A stretch of 64,000 nucleotides of DNA from Methanotrichaceae archaeon (GCA_963754945.1 CAVWIG010000017.1:32001-96000), one strand, 5' to 3'. Counted from the stretch's first letter, positions 1-12,777 are shown. The notes: generated from the sequence alone by a model not told the origin. A program made the numbers and translations.

Positions 1-999
1 GGTGCTTGCTATGATCTTTATCCTGTTAGATCGGAATCCCGCCTCCACGAGCTTCCTCTGCTCCGGAAGGAGACCTGCGTGGTGGAAGGCCACTCCTCTG
101 GAGACGCACTGGGCAAGGCGACGGCAGGTCTCAGACTCGCCAGTGGCCAGAACGCTCTCTTCGAGCTTTGACAGCTCAGGTTCGTTTGAGCCGACATCAC
201 TGCTCAGCTTAGCTGCTGTGGCCTCGGCGTTCCTTCTGCTACTCTCGAAGATAAGGATCTGGGCGTTCTGAGAGAGGGTGTCCTTCACCAGGGCCAGAGC
301 TTCGTCTTTGCCGCCAGACAGAGTCCCTTCTCTGTCTGGGAAGACCAGCTTTCCGTTGCAGATGACTCCCTCTCTGAGGCTTATTGGCCGCCACTCGCTC
401 GTAACAAGCTCGGCATCGAGCCAATCCGCCAGTTCTGGACCATTGGCCACTGTGGCGGAAAGACCTATGATCTGCATACCAGGGTTTAGCTTACGCAGCT
501 TGGTGATAGTCATCTCCAGAGTGGGGCCACGGTTTGGGTCGTTGAGAAGGTGGATCTCGTCCACGACCAGAACTGAGATGTCGCCAATCCAAGAAGCTCC
601 GTTCCTCATAAGCGAGTCTGCCTTCTCCGAGGTGGCGATGATGATCTGGTTCTTTCCAAGGCGCTCGTCCTTTCGATCGAAATCGCCGGTGCTGATGCCA
701 ACGCTTATGCCAAGGTCTTTGAAACGCCGGAACGTATCGTACTTCTCTGCGGCCAGAGCCCTAAGAGGAACGATGTACAGAGACCTCTTACCCTCGAAAG
801 CAGCCTTGAGCATTGCAAGCTCTGCAAGGAGGGTCTTTCCCGCAGCAGTTGGAATGGACAGGAGCATATTACTGCCGTCAAGGAGCCCCCGCTCCACCGC
901 CTCGGCCTGCGGGGGGTAAAGCTCCTTTATGCCCCTTTCCTGGTACTGTCTTATCACATCTTGGGGAAGCCAGAGCGCAAGATCGTCAGTTGTGAGCAT
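1..999 (-). CDS. hel308: Ski2-like SF2 DNA helicase Hel308 (5' part; runs off the window start)
   Basis: Manual translation from ATG at 999: MLTTDDL...ELYPPQAEAV...IPTAAGKT (Walker A)...VVDEIH (DExH)...GLSAT...FHHAGL. Absent from the ORF track because there is no stop inside the window. Confidence 0.9.
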   Translation of the reverse strand, partial: MLTTDDLALWLPQDVIRQYQERGIKELYPPQAEAVERGLLDGSNMLLSIPTAAGKTLLAELAMLKAAFEGKRSLYIVPLRALAAEKYDTFRRFKDLGISVGISTGDFDRKDERLGKNQIIIATSEKADSLMRNGASWIGDISVLVVDEIHLLNDPNRGPTLEMTITKLRKLNPGMQIIGLSATVANGPELADWLDAELVTSEWRPISLREGVICNGKLVFPDREGTLSGGKDEALALVKDTLSQNAQILIFESSRRNAEATAAKLSSDVGSNEPELSKLEESVLATGESETCRRLAQCVSRGVAFHHAGLLPEQRKLVEAGFRSNRIKIIAST

Positions 1000-1111
1000 A
1001 TCCCTCTAATCTTAAATAGTACGTAACAGTACTAGCTCGCAGATAATAAATATACCAGCCGGAAAGTGAATCTAATCGTTGTCTCACCTGAGCACCTTTG
1101 GAGAGAGCTAA

Positions 1112-2275
1112 ATGTATGCTGATAGGATAAAATATCTCCCACCCTATTTGTTTGCAGCCATAGACAAGGCCAAGCAGGATGCACTGGCCAAAGGAGTGGA
1201 CGTCATCGACTTGAGCGTTGGCGATCCCGATCTTCCAACGCCGTCCCACATCGTAGAGGCCATGAGGGAGGCAGTCAAAAACCCTGAGAACCACCAGTAT
1301 CCATCTTACGCAGGAAAGCTTTCCTTCAGGACTGCCGTTGCCGACTGGTACAGCCGGACTTTCGGCGTAAGGTTGGATCCCGAAAAAGAGGTGCTCGCCC
1401 TGATCGGCTCGAAGGAGGGCATAGCCCATGCCCCTCTGGCATTTATAAACCCGGGAGATACGGCCCTGGTGCCCGACCCGGCTTACCCCGTTTACAGAAC
1501 TGCAGTGAGCTTCGCGGGAGGCACGCCTGTGATTATGCCGCTGACAAGGGAGAACGAGTTCCTTCCCGATCTCGAAGCCATTGACCCGGGTGTCGCAGCT
1601 AAAGCGAAGATCATATTCTTGAACTACCCGAACAACCCGACAGCAGCCTCGGCCGGCAGGGCCTTCTTCCAGGAGCTGGTGGACTTTGCTCATGAGCACG
1701 ACCTGATAGTGATGCACGACAACCCATACTCAGAGGTGTGTTACGGTGGCCAGAGATCCATGAGCATTCTGGAGATCGAGGGCGCGAGGGAAGTGGCTGT
1801 GGAGTTCCACTCACTGTCCAAGACCTACAACATGACAGGCTGGAGGGTTGGAGCAGTCGTAGGAAACGCTGAGATCGTGGCCGGGATAGGCAAGATCAAG
1901 AGCAATGTGGACTCCGGAAACTTCGGCGCAGTCCAGGATGCGGGCATTACTGCTCTCAAAAGCCCAAAGAAGATCGTTGAGGATATATGCCGAGTGTACC
2001 AGCACAGGATCGAGCTACTGTACAACTGCCTTTCCGGCATCGGCTTTGAGCTTGAGAAGCCTAGGGCTACACTTTATTTGTGGGCTTGGGTGGGAGGAGA
2101 CTCCGTGGCCTTCTGCCAACGTCTGCTGGAAGAGACGGGCATCGTAGCCACCCCGGGAGTTGGGTTCGGCCAGTACGGCGAGGGTTACATAAGGTTCTCT
2201 ATCACTCAGCCCACTGAAAGGGTTGAGCTGGCTGTGGTGCGGTTAGAGAGGAAGGGCAAGATCAAGCCTTTGTAG
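1112..2275 (+). CDS. dapL: LL-diaminopimelate aminotransferase (PLP class I/II)
   Basis: N-terminal LPPYLFAAID, NYPNNPT, and PLP-lysine motif SLSKTYNMTGWRVG. Confidence 0.85.
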   Translation: MYADRIKYLPPYLFAAIDKAKQDALAKGVDVIDLSVGDPDLPTPSHIVEAMREAVKNPENHQYPSYAGKLSFRTAVADWYSRTFGVRLDPEKEVLALIGSKEGIAHAPLAFINPGDTALVPDPAYPVYRTAVSFAGGTPVIMPLTRENEFLPDLEAIDPGVAAKAKIIFLNYPNNPTAASAGRAFFQELVDFAHEHDLIVMHDNPYSEVCYGGQRSMSILEIEGAREVAVEFHSLSKTYNMTGWRVGAVVGNAEIVAGIGKIKSNVDSGNFGAVQDAGITALKSPKKIVEDICRVYQHRIELLYNCLSGIGFELEKPRATLYLWAWVGGDSVAFCQRLLEETGIVATPGVGFGQYGEGYIRFSITQPTERVELAVVRLERKGKIKPL

Positions 2276-2449
2276 TAGTTTAGGCCTAAGACTAAGACGA
2301 AGGCCGCTCTCGACAAAAAACATGGCCGAAATCCCCCACCAATCTCGCCGAGCCTGCATTAGAACAATTACAAATATATGAGATGTGCCCAGTAATATAT
2401 GAATAATATAAATAAATAGTATTAATTTCGTGATTTCGGAGGAAGAAAG

Positions 2450-5300
2450 TTGCTCAAAGAGTATTCAGCTCACGATATTGAGTCGAAGTGGCAGAAGATC
2501 TGGGAGGATAACAAGGTTTTCCAGGCCGAGCCCGACTCAAGAAAGAAGTTCTTCTTGACCATTCCCTATCCTTATCTCAACGGCAACCTGCACGCCGGAC
2601 ACACAAGGACTTTCACCATCGGCGATGCTGTGGCGCGCTTTCGGCGTATGCGTGGGGAGAACGTCCTCTTCCCCATGGCCTTCCACGCCACCGGGACGCC
2701 AATCGTCGGCCTCTCCGAGCTGATAGTCAACCGCGACCCGTTGATCTGGGGAGTTTACACAAAGCTTCACGGCATACCCGAGGATGAGCTGAAGACTCTG
2801 GACACGCCTGAAAAGATCGTGGTTTATTTCAGGCGCATGGCCAAGGCTGCCATGCAGAGCATCGGCTACTCCATCGACTGGAGGCGGGAGTTCACAACCA
2901 TCGAGCCTGCCTACAGCAAGTTCATTGAGTGGCAGTATGGAATCCTGCGCTGCCTGGACTACATAGTCAAGGGCAGCCATCCGGTGCGCTGGTGTCCTCA
3001 TGACCGAAACCCGGTCGAGGATCACGACATCCTGAAGGGCGAGGACGCCACAATCCTTGATTTTGCCCTGATAAAGTTCAGAGTGGGCGATCAGGTAGTC
3101 CCCTGCGCCACCCTGCGGCCCGAGACGGTCTTCGGAGTGACCAACCTGTGGGTCAATCCTGATGTGAACTACGTCTTGGCCAGGGTCAACGACGAGACCT
3201 GGATTGTTTCCAGAGAGGCCATACGAGAAGCTGACTTTCACCGACCGCCAGGTGGCCTGCGGGATGGAGATCAAAGGATCGGAGCTGATAGGCAAGAAGG
3301 CGACAAACCCGTTGACTGGAACGGAAGTGATCATCCTCCCGGCAAGTTTCGTGGACCCTGACAACGGATCAGGCATAGTCATGTCCGTCCCGGCCCATGC
3401 GCCCTTCGATTACCTGGCACTGAAAGACCTTTATGGTCAAGACCTCCGCAGCTATGGCATCACCGAGGACCTGAGCAAGATCCAGTTCATCTCCCTGATC
3501 GAGTCTCCCGGTTACGGTGAGTTCCCGGCAGTCGAAGCTGTCAACGAAATGGGGGTCAAGGACCAGACCGACCCCAAGGCCGAGGAGGCAACCAAGCTCG
3601 TTTATCGCCGGGAGTTTCACAACGGCGTCCTGAAGGCCAACACTGGCCAGTATGCTGGCCTGGCAGTCAGCAAGATCAAGGACATCTTGCTAGGCGACTT
3701 CATTAAGAACGGGATAGCCGAGATCTTCTACGAGTTCTCAGAGACGCCCGTCATCTGCCGCTGCGGGACGCGCTGCGTTATAATGATGGTGCGGGACCAG
3801 TGGTTCCTGGAGTACTCCGATCCGGAGTGGAAGGCTCAGGTTATGGATTGCCTTTCCAAGATGCGTCTAATTCCTGAAGAGATCCGGGTGGAGTTCGAGA
3901 ACAAGATTGACTGGCTGAAGGACAAGGCCTGTGCCAGAAGGAAGGGCCTCGGCACCCACCTGCCCTGGGACAAGGAGTGGCTGATTGAGTCCCTTGGCGA
4001 CTCGACCATCTACATGTCCTACTACATCCTGGCCAAGTACGTCAACGCCGGGATGAAGATAGATAAGCTGCCGCCGGAGTTCTTCGAGTACATCTTCCTG
4101 AACCACGGGACGGCAGAGAATGTGGCCGATGTCACGGAAATACCTCTGGACACTATCAAGCAGATTCGGAGCGACTTTGCCTACTGGTATCCCGTGGACC
4201 TGCGAACATCGGGAAAGGACCTGATAGCCAACCACCTGCTCTTCTTCCTGTACCACCACGTGGCCGTATTCCCGCAGGAGCTGTGGCCAAAGGCCATGGC
4301 CATCAACGGATTCGTCTCCCTGGAGGGGCAGAAGATGTCCAAGTCCAAGGGGCCGCTGCTCACCCTGAAAGAGGCCGTGGCAGAGAACGGGGCCGACGTC
4401 ACGCGGCTTTACATCCTGGCCAATGCGGAGTACACCCAGGACGTTGACTGGAAAAACGATGGTGTAGCCGCCGCCCGGTCTCAACTGGAGCGGTTCTACA
4501 ACCTAGCCCGAGAGATCATTGAGGACAAGAGCATCAATGAAGGCGCAGAGCTTACCCTCATCGACCGCTGGATGCTCTCCAGGCTGCAGCGCCGCATCGG
4601 CGAAGCGACAGCGGCCATGGATAACATCCAGACCAGGCGGACTCTGCAGAGCGGCTTCTATCTGCTGTTCAACGACCTGCGCTGGTACCAGCGCAGGGGC
4701 GGAAAGAACCAGCTCCGGCGCGTCTTATCGGCTTGGGTCAGGCTGATGGCGCCCTTTACGCCGCACGTCTGCGAGGAGCTTTGGACATACTTGGGAGAAG
4801 GATATGTCTCACTGGCGGCGTGGCCCGAGGCCGACGCTTCCCTAATTGACGAGCAGGCGGAGCAGGCAGAGGAGCTGCTCGAACGCACCTTGAACGACGT
4901 TCAGGAGATCCTGAACGTTACCAGGGCTGCCCCAACAAAGATCACTCTGTACACATCGCCTGCCTGGAAGCAGGAGATGCTGCGCCTGGCCCTGGGCAAG
5001 ACCATAGGTGGCAAGCTGGACATGAGCGCGCTGATGAAGGCGGCCATGGCCAATAAGGCGATTACGCTACACAAGAAGGATGCACCGAAATATGCCCAGA
5101 AGCTGGCCAAGGCAGCGCACTCGCTCGGAGCCGAGGTGCTGAGCCTGGACGAGTTCGAGACTCTGAGCCGGGAGAAGGCATACCTTGAATCTGCACTGGC
5201 CGTTCCTGTGGAGATCTACTCTGCGGATAAGGCTGGGGAGGACCCCAAGGGCAAGAGCAAGCAGGCGGAGCCGGGGAGGCCGGCAATATATATTGAGTGA
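2450..5300 (+). CDS. leuS: Leucyl-tRNA synthetase, archaeal type, with an apparent 1-nt frameshift at ~3220
   Basis: PYPYLNGNLHAGH (HIGH) in ORF 2450..3361; KMSKS and C-terminal PGRPAIYIE in ORF 3204..5300. Removing one base from gaggccatacgag restores ...SREAYEKLTF. Confidence 0.93.
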
Positions 5301-5745
5301 GATGTAACTATCTGTCTTCTATTTTCAATAAATTATTTACGCAAGAAACTATAGAATATTATCATATGCTGACAAAATTGTTCAATATTAGAAATGTTGT
5401 TATAGCAAAAAATGATAATGTCAAAAATATCGAAACCTTCAAATATCTTTGAGACTTTAGAAAAATTGGGGGGATCCTGATTAAGCCAAGGAGCGTGAGA
5501 AAATATGTTACCGGAGCTAGCTCTAATATTCAGGCAAGTCTCGGATGCCTCGATTGCAGCCAGTGTTGTGGCCACCTCGCACAATGGCGATAGAGGTTAT
5601 CTTTCCAGAGACTTCCAGCGGACGTGGTGAAATAATGGCCTTGTCGCCTACGCCACCCCTTACCAGCAAACCGCAACATTCTGTCCCCACAGAACGGGGT
5701 GCTCTTCTGGAGAAATTGCTCCATGAACTTCAGTCTCTTAGAGAA

Positions 5746-8700
5746 ATGAGTATTCTATCGTTAATAGAATTAATGATATTACCTTCAGGCGCGATAGAGA
5801 GCGGTAATCCTGTTATATATGACGCCTATAAGGGGCTGGAGCATTTTGGAGTCGAAGATGCCTGGAATATGGGGTACACAGGCAAGGGTGTAAATGTAGC
5901 TGTAATAGATAGCGGTGTAGATTTCGCTACTCCTGATCTCATAGGTACTCAGGCCCGAGTCTCAAATGCAAGCTCTCCTTACTATGGCTGGCCTATTGTG
6001 ATCGATTTGGATTCACTATCACTTTATCATCAGAAAAGTCCAGAAGGACTCTTTATCCAGAGTCGTTATGCGGATACCACCTCTACAAATACGACGGGCT
6101 TTCAAACAACTGGAACCAGCAAGAGCGGCGTTTACCATATAGGCGATCATCCCGATAGGCATCTTGCTCAGTTCTACGGGCAACCTGTAAAAGTTCTCTT
6201 GGTTGATGAGAAAAGCCCCAATGTATATGATACGGTGTATGTAGATTTGAACAATAATCATGATTTCAGAGATGATAAGCCTTGCAGAAAGGGCGATGAG
6301 GTCTCATACTGGGATAGAGATAAAGATGGCTATCCAGATGAATCGGGAGGCATGATCTACTTTATAGCTGATGGCAAGACGCCTCTGCCCCTATCGAGGA
6401 CGCTCTATGGTGAGAATGCAAAAATACCGAAGAATGGAGAGTTAGTTGCCTTCCAATATGATGATGCCTCACATGGAACTATGTGTGCCGGGATAATAGC
6501 TGCTCAGGGGAAAAATGTCAAGGGCATTGCTCCAGGTGCCAGGATCATACCGGTTCAAAACTCAGTAGCAAGTGATATGCTTCTTTGCCTCCTTGCCTCG
6601 CTTGGCTACGACGGTGTTCCAAATACTGGAGATGAAGCAAACATAATAAGCCGAAGTGGAGGTTTTTCGTACCTTTTCAATAAAGGCGCTGATGAAGGGT
6701 CAACCTTTTTGGAATATCTGACTACTAATATATCTCCAGCTACAACCATCGTATATGCAAATGGAAATGACGGATCAGGATATGGCACTGTTCAGTCTCC
6801 GTCGAGTGAACACGTGAGGGTTTCGATTTAGTGTTGGTTAATGAAGCCTTAAATTCTTGCGTTAATATTTTCAATCTTTATAGTGGTTTTTTAGCATATT
6901 TCACCCCTAAATTGGCTTATTAGATTTCAATTTACCTTGTTGTTTCTAATTTTTGCGCTTTTTTAGAGAGCTTCCGCTAGGCTGTTTGTTTATGCACTAA
7001 ATATTTCAACTGTTCCAGGTTGTAAACGACCGAATTCATCATGAATTTTACTCCAGCTCTTGCGACAGTTGTTACATAAACATGTGCTCCCTTATGCCCC
7101 CGCTTCATAACAGCGAAGCATCTTTCGATGTGCGATCGCGTTTTACTGATTCTCTTATTCCTCAGAAGATCTATGATTCCAAGCTTGTGACCTCTTGTAG
7201 CTTTTTTCATGGCTGCATCATATCCTCGAGTTTTTGCACCATCATATCCCTTATCGGCGTAACGTGGTAGCCCTTCAATTCCAAGATCTACCTGACTATC
7301 GTGTACAGAAGCAGTTGTAGTCTCAAAATATCTGATAAGGTGGTAATTGGTATCGATTGAGATATGACCTTTATATCCGAAAAAGGATTTGACACCCTTT
7401 TTTGCCCAACTTCCCTCATTTATTGGCTCTTCTTCGAGTCTCTGTGGTTTGGCCTTGTCATCAATAATATTATTTGAAATACCAATTAGCTCTTTATCAA
7501 ACTCCTGATTCAGGCTCGTACTGGTGGCTTCGGAATCTTGACCTTCCTTTTTGTCCCCGCCTTGCTCGTCTTTCTTGTTCCTCTTCCGACCTGGGTCCGA
7601 AGTTATGAAGGTTGCATCCTGGATAGTGCCATTCTTTACAGTAAACCCCATCTCATCGAGCTGCCTTTGAAGCTCATTCCAAAGATCATCGTATACGTCG
7701 CACTTAATCAAACGTTCACGGAATAGCCAAACTGTGCTGAAATCAGGAATTACTTCAGTGGTGCCAAGGAAAATACGAAAAGAGATCCTATCCGCAACCT
7801 GTCGCTCCAGTTCTGGATCTGTTAGACCAAACCAATGCTGAATTACGAGAGCTTTCACCATAATCACGATGTCAATGTTCGGACGACCTCCGCGGCTAGT
7901 TTTATTTTTGTATATCAATGGTTCCAAAAATCTGAAACGCTCCCAATTGATCAACGATCCGATCTCGGATAGATCATCTCCGAGGGCTTTTACTCGAGCA
8001 TATTCTGCTCGAATGGCAAAATCAATGAGAGTCCTCATGCATTATATTATAGTATTAATAGTATATAAGTATTTCGATTGATTAGTTTTTCGAAACTCTC
8101 ACGTGATTAATGCAGGTGCGGTCTACGATCTATGGTGGAATAATTCATCCTATAGTGGGGATGTAGTCTCGTTCTCCGCTCGTGGTCCGAACGTACTTGG
8201 GCAGGTCAAACCGAATGTGCTGGCTACTGGTTATCTCGCGCCTAGAGTTCTGCCTTTATGGGAAACTCATAGTGGCAAAACCGCATGGAATGACATGGGT
8301 GGTGGAACCAGCAGCGCGACACCTCACGTTGCCGCGATTATTGCTCTTATTTATCAGGCTTACAAAGATGCTTATGGAAAGTTTCCGACCTCTGAGAAGG
8401 CCAGGAACATTCTCATGTCCTCAGCTACAGATATAGATGAAGAGGTCTTCGCTCAGGGTTCCGGTATAATAAATGCCAAAAGGGCTGTGGAAATTGCATC
8501 CGGAAAAGACGGAGTTTTAGTTGAACCAGCATTGCTCGTCACTTCTCCCGTTGAGGCAGGATCGAACTTGAGGTTTGACTTTACAGTTTCAAATTATTCT
8601 GGCAAGCCGATAAATCTGAAACCCCAAATACTAATAAAAGATAAAACGAAAAACTTAACCTTGAAATCAGGGAACGAGAGTATTTTCTTCACCATTCCGA

Positions 8701-10892
8701 GGGATATGCTCGGCTGCGACCTGTTAAAGGTCTCGTCCTATTATCCAAGAAATAACAGGAGCACAAAGCTGGATAAATATGAGGGGTATGATCTTTACCT
8801 CTACAACTGGAAAGATAGGAATGGCGATGGAAAGGCACAGGAAGGCGAGCTTGAGGCCATAGCCGCATCCCCTGGTGATATGGGTCTTGGATTTACCTCT
8901 GAGGCAAGGATGCACAATCCTGAAGATAGGATGGATGATGGAATCGTGGCTGGCCTGAAAAGGAGAGGCGAAATCAAGAGCAAAGAAATACAAGTAGTAA
9001 TTGAAACTTACAAATGGAAACCATGGAACATCGGAATGAATATCGATGGCAATAATGTCTGCGTTTCAATACTAACGCCTAACACCACAGGAGTACATCA
9101 GGGAAAGATACTCTTGGAATATGGCGGTGAAAGGCAGTGTATCCCTGTATCTTTCTCAACCTATAGACATGATGAGGTTAGAATAAATAATACCGATGAG
9201 ATCTATGAGAATGCCAAGATCTACGGAAGGTTTGAGGCAGAACCGAAATGGTTCTGGGATTCTAGGTTTTATCCGATATACCACCATGGGCACGATTTAG
9301 CAACCATTGAAATTACATGGGAGGACCCGAATACAGATATAGATGCATATCTTTATGGAGAAGATTTTTTCAATACCTCAGAACTCTGGAAATTCTCCGC
9401 AACTAATCCCATAAATCTGCCCCGATTAAAAGTCTTGAGAGAGAATGGGCATAGCATGAGGATATCTGGGATCAGTGTTTTACCTCATGGAGATAGTGGG
9501 GTCGGCGGTAGCTACAGCAATTTTCATACATCTACGGGAAAAAATAGAGAAGTGATAACTGGGGAGCTGGTAGATGGACTGAACCTAATCGTCCTGCATC
9601 AGGTGATCTCTGGAGGCAATAAATACGGAGAGAACGTAACAGTAAATGTCAATGTCGTGCCTTTTAGTCCTATCGATCTCAGAGCAAAAGCTGGAGAAGC
9701 AGTTAGCCTGCAGCCTGCAGGAATAAATGATATAATAGGCTTTTCTGCCTGCGAAGAGGTCAAAGGCGAGGAGTTTGGCTTTAGTCCTAAGGCCTTTCAG
9801 GCGGAGAAAGGAGATGTGATAATGATACGCTCCAACGACTCTGAATATTCGCCACAAATCTTCTTCGATTCAAACAAAAATGGTAAGATGGATTGGGGTG
9901 CAGACATGTACTTTGGATCAAATGATAATAACACGGCGGATAAGCTTATGTTCGCCGAAAAGAGGTATAATGACATCAATCCATCTTATACCGATATAAT
10001 ACCAATCAACGAGAATGGAACGTACTTCCTTTTTGTCATGAATCCTTACGGCCGCCTCGAATTATATCATATGAAGAGCCGATACGAGTGTAATTCCAGT
10101 GTACCAATGAAGATAAAAGTGCCTGAGCAGGTAGGCACGTATCTGGGGGTAGCAGAAAAGAACGGAAATCTCATTCCTGTTCCTGTAAAACTGGTGGTAG
10201 ATGCTGGAGAACCGGCATCTATTCGCCTAGGCGCTAAAAATCGCACCAATTGCAGCTTGCCCTTCAATGTAAAGCTGGAGGTGCAAGACAAATTTAATAA
10301 TCCTGTTGAAGATAACGTTACCGCCACCATTGAGTTCAATAACGCAACGAAGAACGCTGCTCTCATAAAAGGAAGAGGATCGATCAACTTAACAGCGCCT
10401 GAGAAAACAGGGACATACAAGATCAAAGTACAGAGCCGATACGGCATAGCCGAAAACGATATCGAAGTCGCTAATAAAGACCTTATCAAAACAAGTAATG
10501 CAAGCATGAATAGCTTAGGGATTGCAGAGAAGAAAAATGAAACACTTGTGTCGAGGGGAACTGCGCCATTAGAGATGAAAAAAGATTTGCCTAAAAAGGT
10601 TAGATCGGTATCAGTCCTCTCGACTGATGGCAACATTAGCCTCGGCTGGCAGGCTTCAGAGGGTGCTAACCATTACAACGTTTATCACCTTAACAGTATG
10701 GGTATTCAGAATAAAATTGCTGAAGTAAGGAATCCAGGATATACTATGAAAGGGATGCCTTGGACGAGCTATACCTTCAGGATATCTGCCGTGAACAGCG
10801 CAGGAAATGAGAGCGAATTGAGTGATCCTGTGGGAATTGTGGTTACTCCTAAACAGACGGGGCTGAGCCAAATCGAGGGCATCAGGACTTAG
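5746..10892 (+). pseudogene. Large S8 (subtilisin-like) serine peptidase with a C-terminal FN3-like domain, split by IS5; start uncertain
   Basis: Catalytic Asp (VAVIDSG) and His (SHGTMCAG) lie before the IS; Ser (GGTSSATPHVAA) lies after it. Removing the IS and one acgt copy restores EHVINAG in frame. Confidence 0.88.
6816..8100 (-). mobile_element. IS5-family element, copy 1 (1285 bp; transposase 6977..8038)
   Basis: TIRs gagggtttcga...tcgaaactctc, 4-bp TSD acgt, 353-aa DDE transposase (IQDAT, FGYKGH, YADKGY, IERCF). Confidence 0.95.
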
Positions 10893-11068
10893 CCCAGACG
10901 TCAATTTTTGAAGAGATTTTCTATCCATTCCATTAAATCCGGATAGATTCTCCGAGGATGCATATCAACGCTACGTGTCTCGGGAATGATATTTATCATT
11001 GCATATCCCCATCCATCTCTCTATCGATGCATTGCAGTCATCATAGAAATTGCCATTTTTGTTGTTGT

Positions 11069-11236
11069 CCCAAAGGGTTGTCTCCTCGGCAAAGCGTCTT
11101 TCTATGGCTGCTCCAGGTGCGAGCGGGGCCCGATCGGGCAAGCGGGCCCGCCTGGTGGACGGCGATGTTGCCCGGCATCGGAGCGGCTGGACAAAAGCAA
11201 AAACTGCAAGGCAGCAAGCGCGCTGGAAGCGTGAAC
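11069..11236 (+). repeat. Degenerate GC-rich palindromic repeat, copy R1 of the TA-array spacer
   Basis: caaagcgtctttctatggctgctccaggtgcgagcggggcccgatcgggcaagcgggcccgcctgg...cgatgttgcccggcatcggagcg; aligns by eye with 12306-12430 and partly with 13552, 14471 and 15088. Confidence 0.85.
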
Positions 11237-11366
11237 AACTGTGAATGTGTCTAATCCAGGCTATTAATTTTACAGCGAGACGGTTGCATATTATGAATGT
11301 CTCGAAACTTGTCTGCATCTTGGTCTCGAAGCTTTGATCTATCCAAAAGACGTAATTGTATCGCAA

Positions 11367-11663
11367 ATGAATCTTAACGACCTCCTGAAATCAAGGCGTG
11401 ATGAGATCCTTCAAATCGCTGCCAAGCATGGTGCTCACAACGTGCGTGTCTTCGGCTCAGTGGCACGAGGTGACGCAGATTCTCAAAGCGATATAGATCT
11501 CCTGGTTGAGTTCGAACGAGGGACGACTCTGCTGGGACATGCAGCCCTGATACAAGAGCTTGAGGAGCTTTTGGGCGTTAAGGTGGATGTAGTAAGCGAC
11601 CGCGGGCTCCGAGAGCGCGTCAGGGATCGCGTGCTAAAGAGGCGGTGGCACTTTGAGGGATGA
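11367..11663 (+). CDS. MNT nucleotidyltransferase antitoxin (MntA-like); HEPN partner reduced to a few codons
   Basis: VFGSVARG...SDIDLLV motif. A 1-nt shift near the end would give RVLKEAVAL*, overlapped by ttg agg gat gat (MRDD, a typical DUF86/HEPN start) that then breaks off. Confidence 0.85.
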   Translation: MNLNDLLKSRRDEILQIAAKHGAHNVRVFGSVARGDADSQSDIDLLVEFERGTTLLGHAALIQELEELLGVKVDVVSDRGLRERVRDRVLKRRWHFEG

Positions 11664-11740
11664 TCAAGCTGGCGGCGGAGAAAAAGGAGCCCAGCAAAGG
11701 CTGCAAGCATTGACTAGCAAATGAAGATGGCTTCCGGATT

Positions 11741-11956
11741 TTATACGCTTATTTCTACAGAAGCCGCCGTGGTGGTTGGTTCAGGTATGCTTAGAGACTC
11801 GGCCTTCAGACCTTCCAGGTGAAACTCTATTGCCTCTTTCATCAACTCTAGCGTTTCCTTTCTCGTTGGACCGGTGGCAATGACACCGGGCAAATCCGGG
11901 CAATAGGCCGCATAGTTATTTTCAGCCTTTTCAATGATGATCAGATACTCAGTCAT
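11741..11956 (-). CDS. hicB: HicB-family antitoxin
   Basis: YAAYCPDLPGVIATGPT...EAIEFHLE; overlaps the upstream hicA. Confidence 0.88.
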   Translation of the reverse strand: MTEYLIIIEKAENNYAAYCPDLPGVIATGPTRKETLELMKEAIEFHLEGLKAESLSIPEPTTTAASVEISV

Positions 11957-12152
11957 CTTTCCCGATCTCCTTAATACCACTTTGTTTTAATATGCTATTC
12001 AATGTACCCCTTGGTACTTCATCATCCAAATTCCCTGAGATGGTCACCAATCCACTCTTAAAATGGTGCTTGTACTGTCTGTGACTGCCTCTTGTTCTAT
12101 CCAGGAACCATCCATACTCTTCTACCATCTTAATGACGGCTCGAACTTTCAA
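11949..12152 (-). CDS. hicA: HicA-family mRNA interferase toxin
   Basis: GW...RGSHRQYKH...GTLNSILKQSG. Confidence 0.88.
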   Translation of the reverse strand: MKVRAVIKMVEEYGWFLDRTRGSHRQYKHHFKSGLVTISGNLDDEVPRGTLNSILKQSGIKEIGKDD

Positions 12153-12305
12153 TTGTTAGCCTCATTGAGATATTAACCAACCATAAATAAGCCTCTTTAG
12201 ACATATAATTGATTGTCCTTCAGTGCCAATAGGTATTCGCCATTTTGGAAGTCAAGCTCTTCAGAATGAGCAGACACGAACCTCAGCATCCTCCCGGAGG
12301 CTAGG

Positions 12306-12430
12306 CCCAAAGCTGTCCACCTGCCAGAGCGGCCTTTCAGTGGTTGCTCCAGGCGCGTGCGTGGCCCGAACAGGCAAGCGGTCCGCCTGGCGGATGGCGA
12401 TGCTGCCCGGCATCGGAGCGACGGGACCAC
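12306..12430 (+). repeat. TA-array spacer repeat, copy R2
   Basis: cagagcggcctttcagtggttgctccaggcgcgtgcgtggcccgaacaggcaagcggtccgcctggcggatggcgatgctgcccggcatcggagcg; collinear with R1. Confidence 0.85.
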
Positions 12431-12582
12431 GAACGAGACGCGAACCAAAGACGAAGCTCAAGATGCCATCTGACGAGATGAGACGATACGGTAAGAATCT
12501 AACATAAGCTGATTCTGGATCACACCTTACTTATTTAAGTGCAGACCTCGTTCAAATGTAGAGATTATCCCACGGAGAATAT

Positions 12583-12777
12583 ATGGCAGGCATACCTGAC
12601 GAGCAATTCCTAGTCGATGCAGAGGGCAAAAGGAAAGGGGTACTACTATCGATGGAACGCTATGAACAGCTTACTGAGGATCTGCACGATCTTGCTGTTG
12701 TGGCCGAACGTAGAGATGAAGAGACCATAAGTTTCGATGAAATGAGGCAAAGGCTCAAGAAAGATGGCATCCTTTAG
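12583..12777 (+). CDS. Antitoxin of a RelE/ParE-type toxin
   Basis: Small acidic ORF (FLVDAEGKRKGVLLS...EDLHDL...ISFDEM) overlapping the toxin start. Confidence 0.75.
   Translation: MAGIPDEQFLVDAEGKRKGVLLSMERYEQLTEDLHDLAVVAERRDEETISFDEMRQRLKKDGIL

Noticed and set aside
278-5286. Long antisense ORFs (278..919 +, 986..1717 -, 2537..3382 -, 3867..4484 -, and similar ones over mutS and uvrA)
   Set aside because: They are shadows of well-supported genes on the opposite strand in GC-rich coding DNA and carry no motifs.
2450-5300. Naturally split two-subunit LeuRS or programmed frameshift
   Set aside because: A single-base removal restores one frame, and there is no slippery sequence or separate RBS; a sequencing error is more likely.
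5333-5745. ORF 5333..5584 and the 5' extension of ORF 5545..6831
   Set aside because: No recognisable motifs or signal peptide; the protease start remains uncertain.
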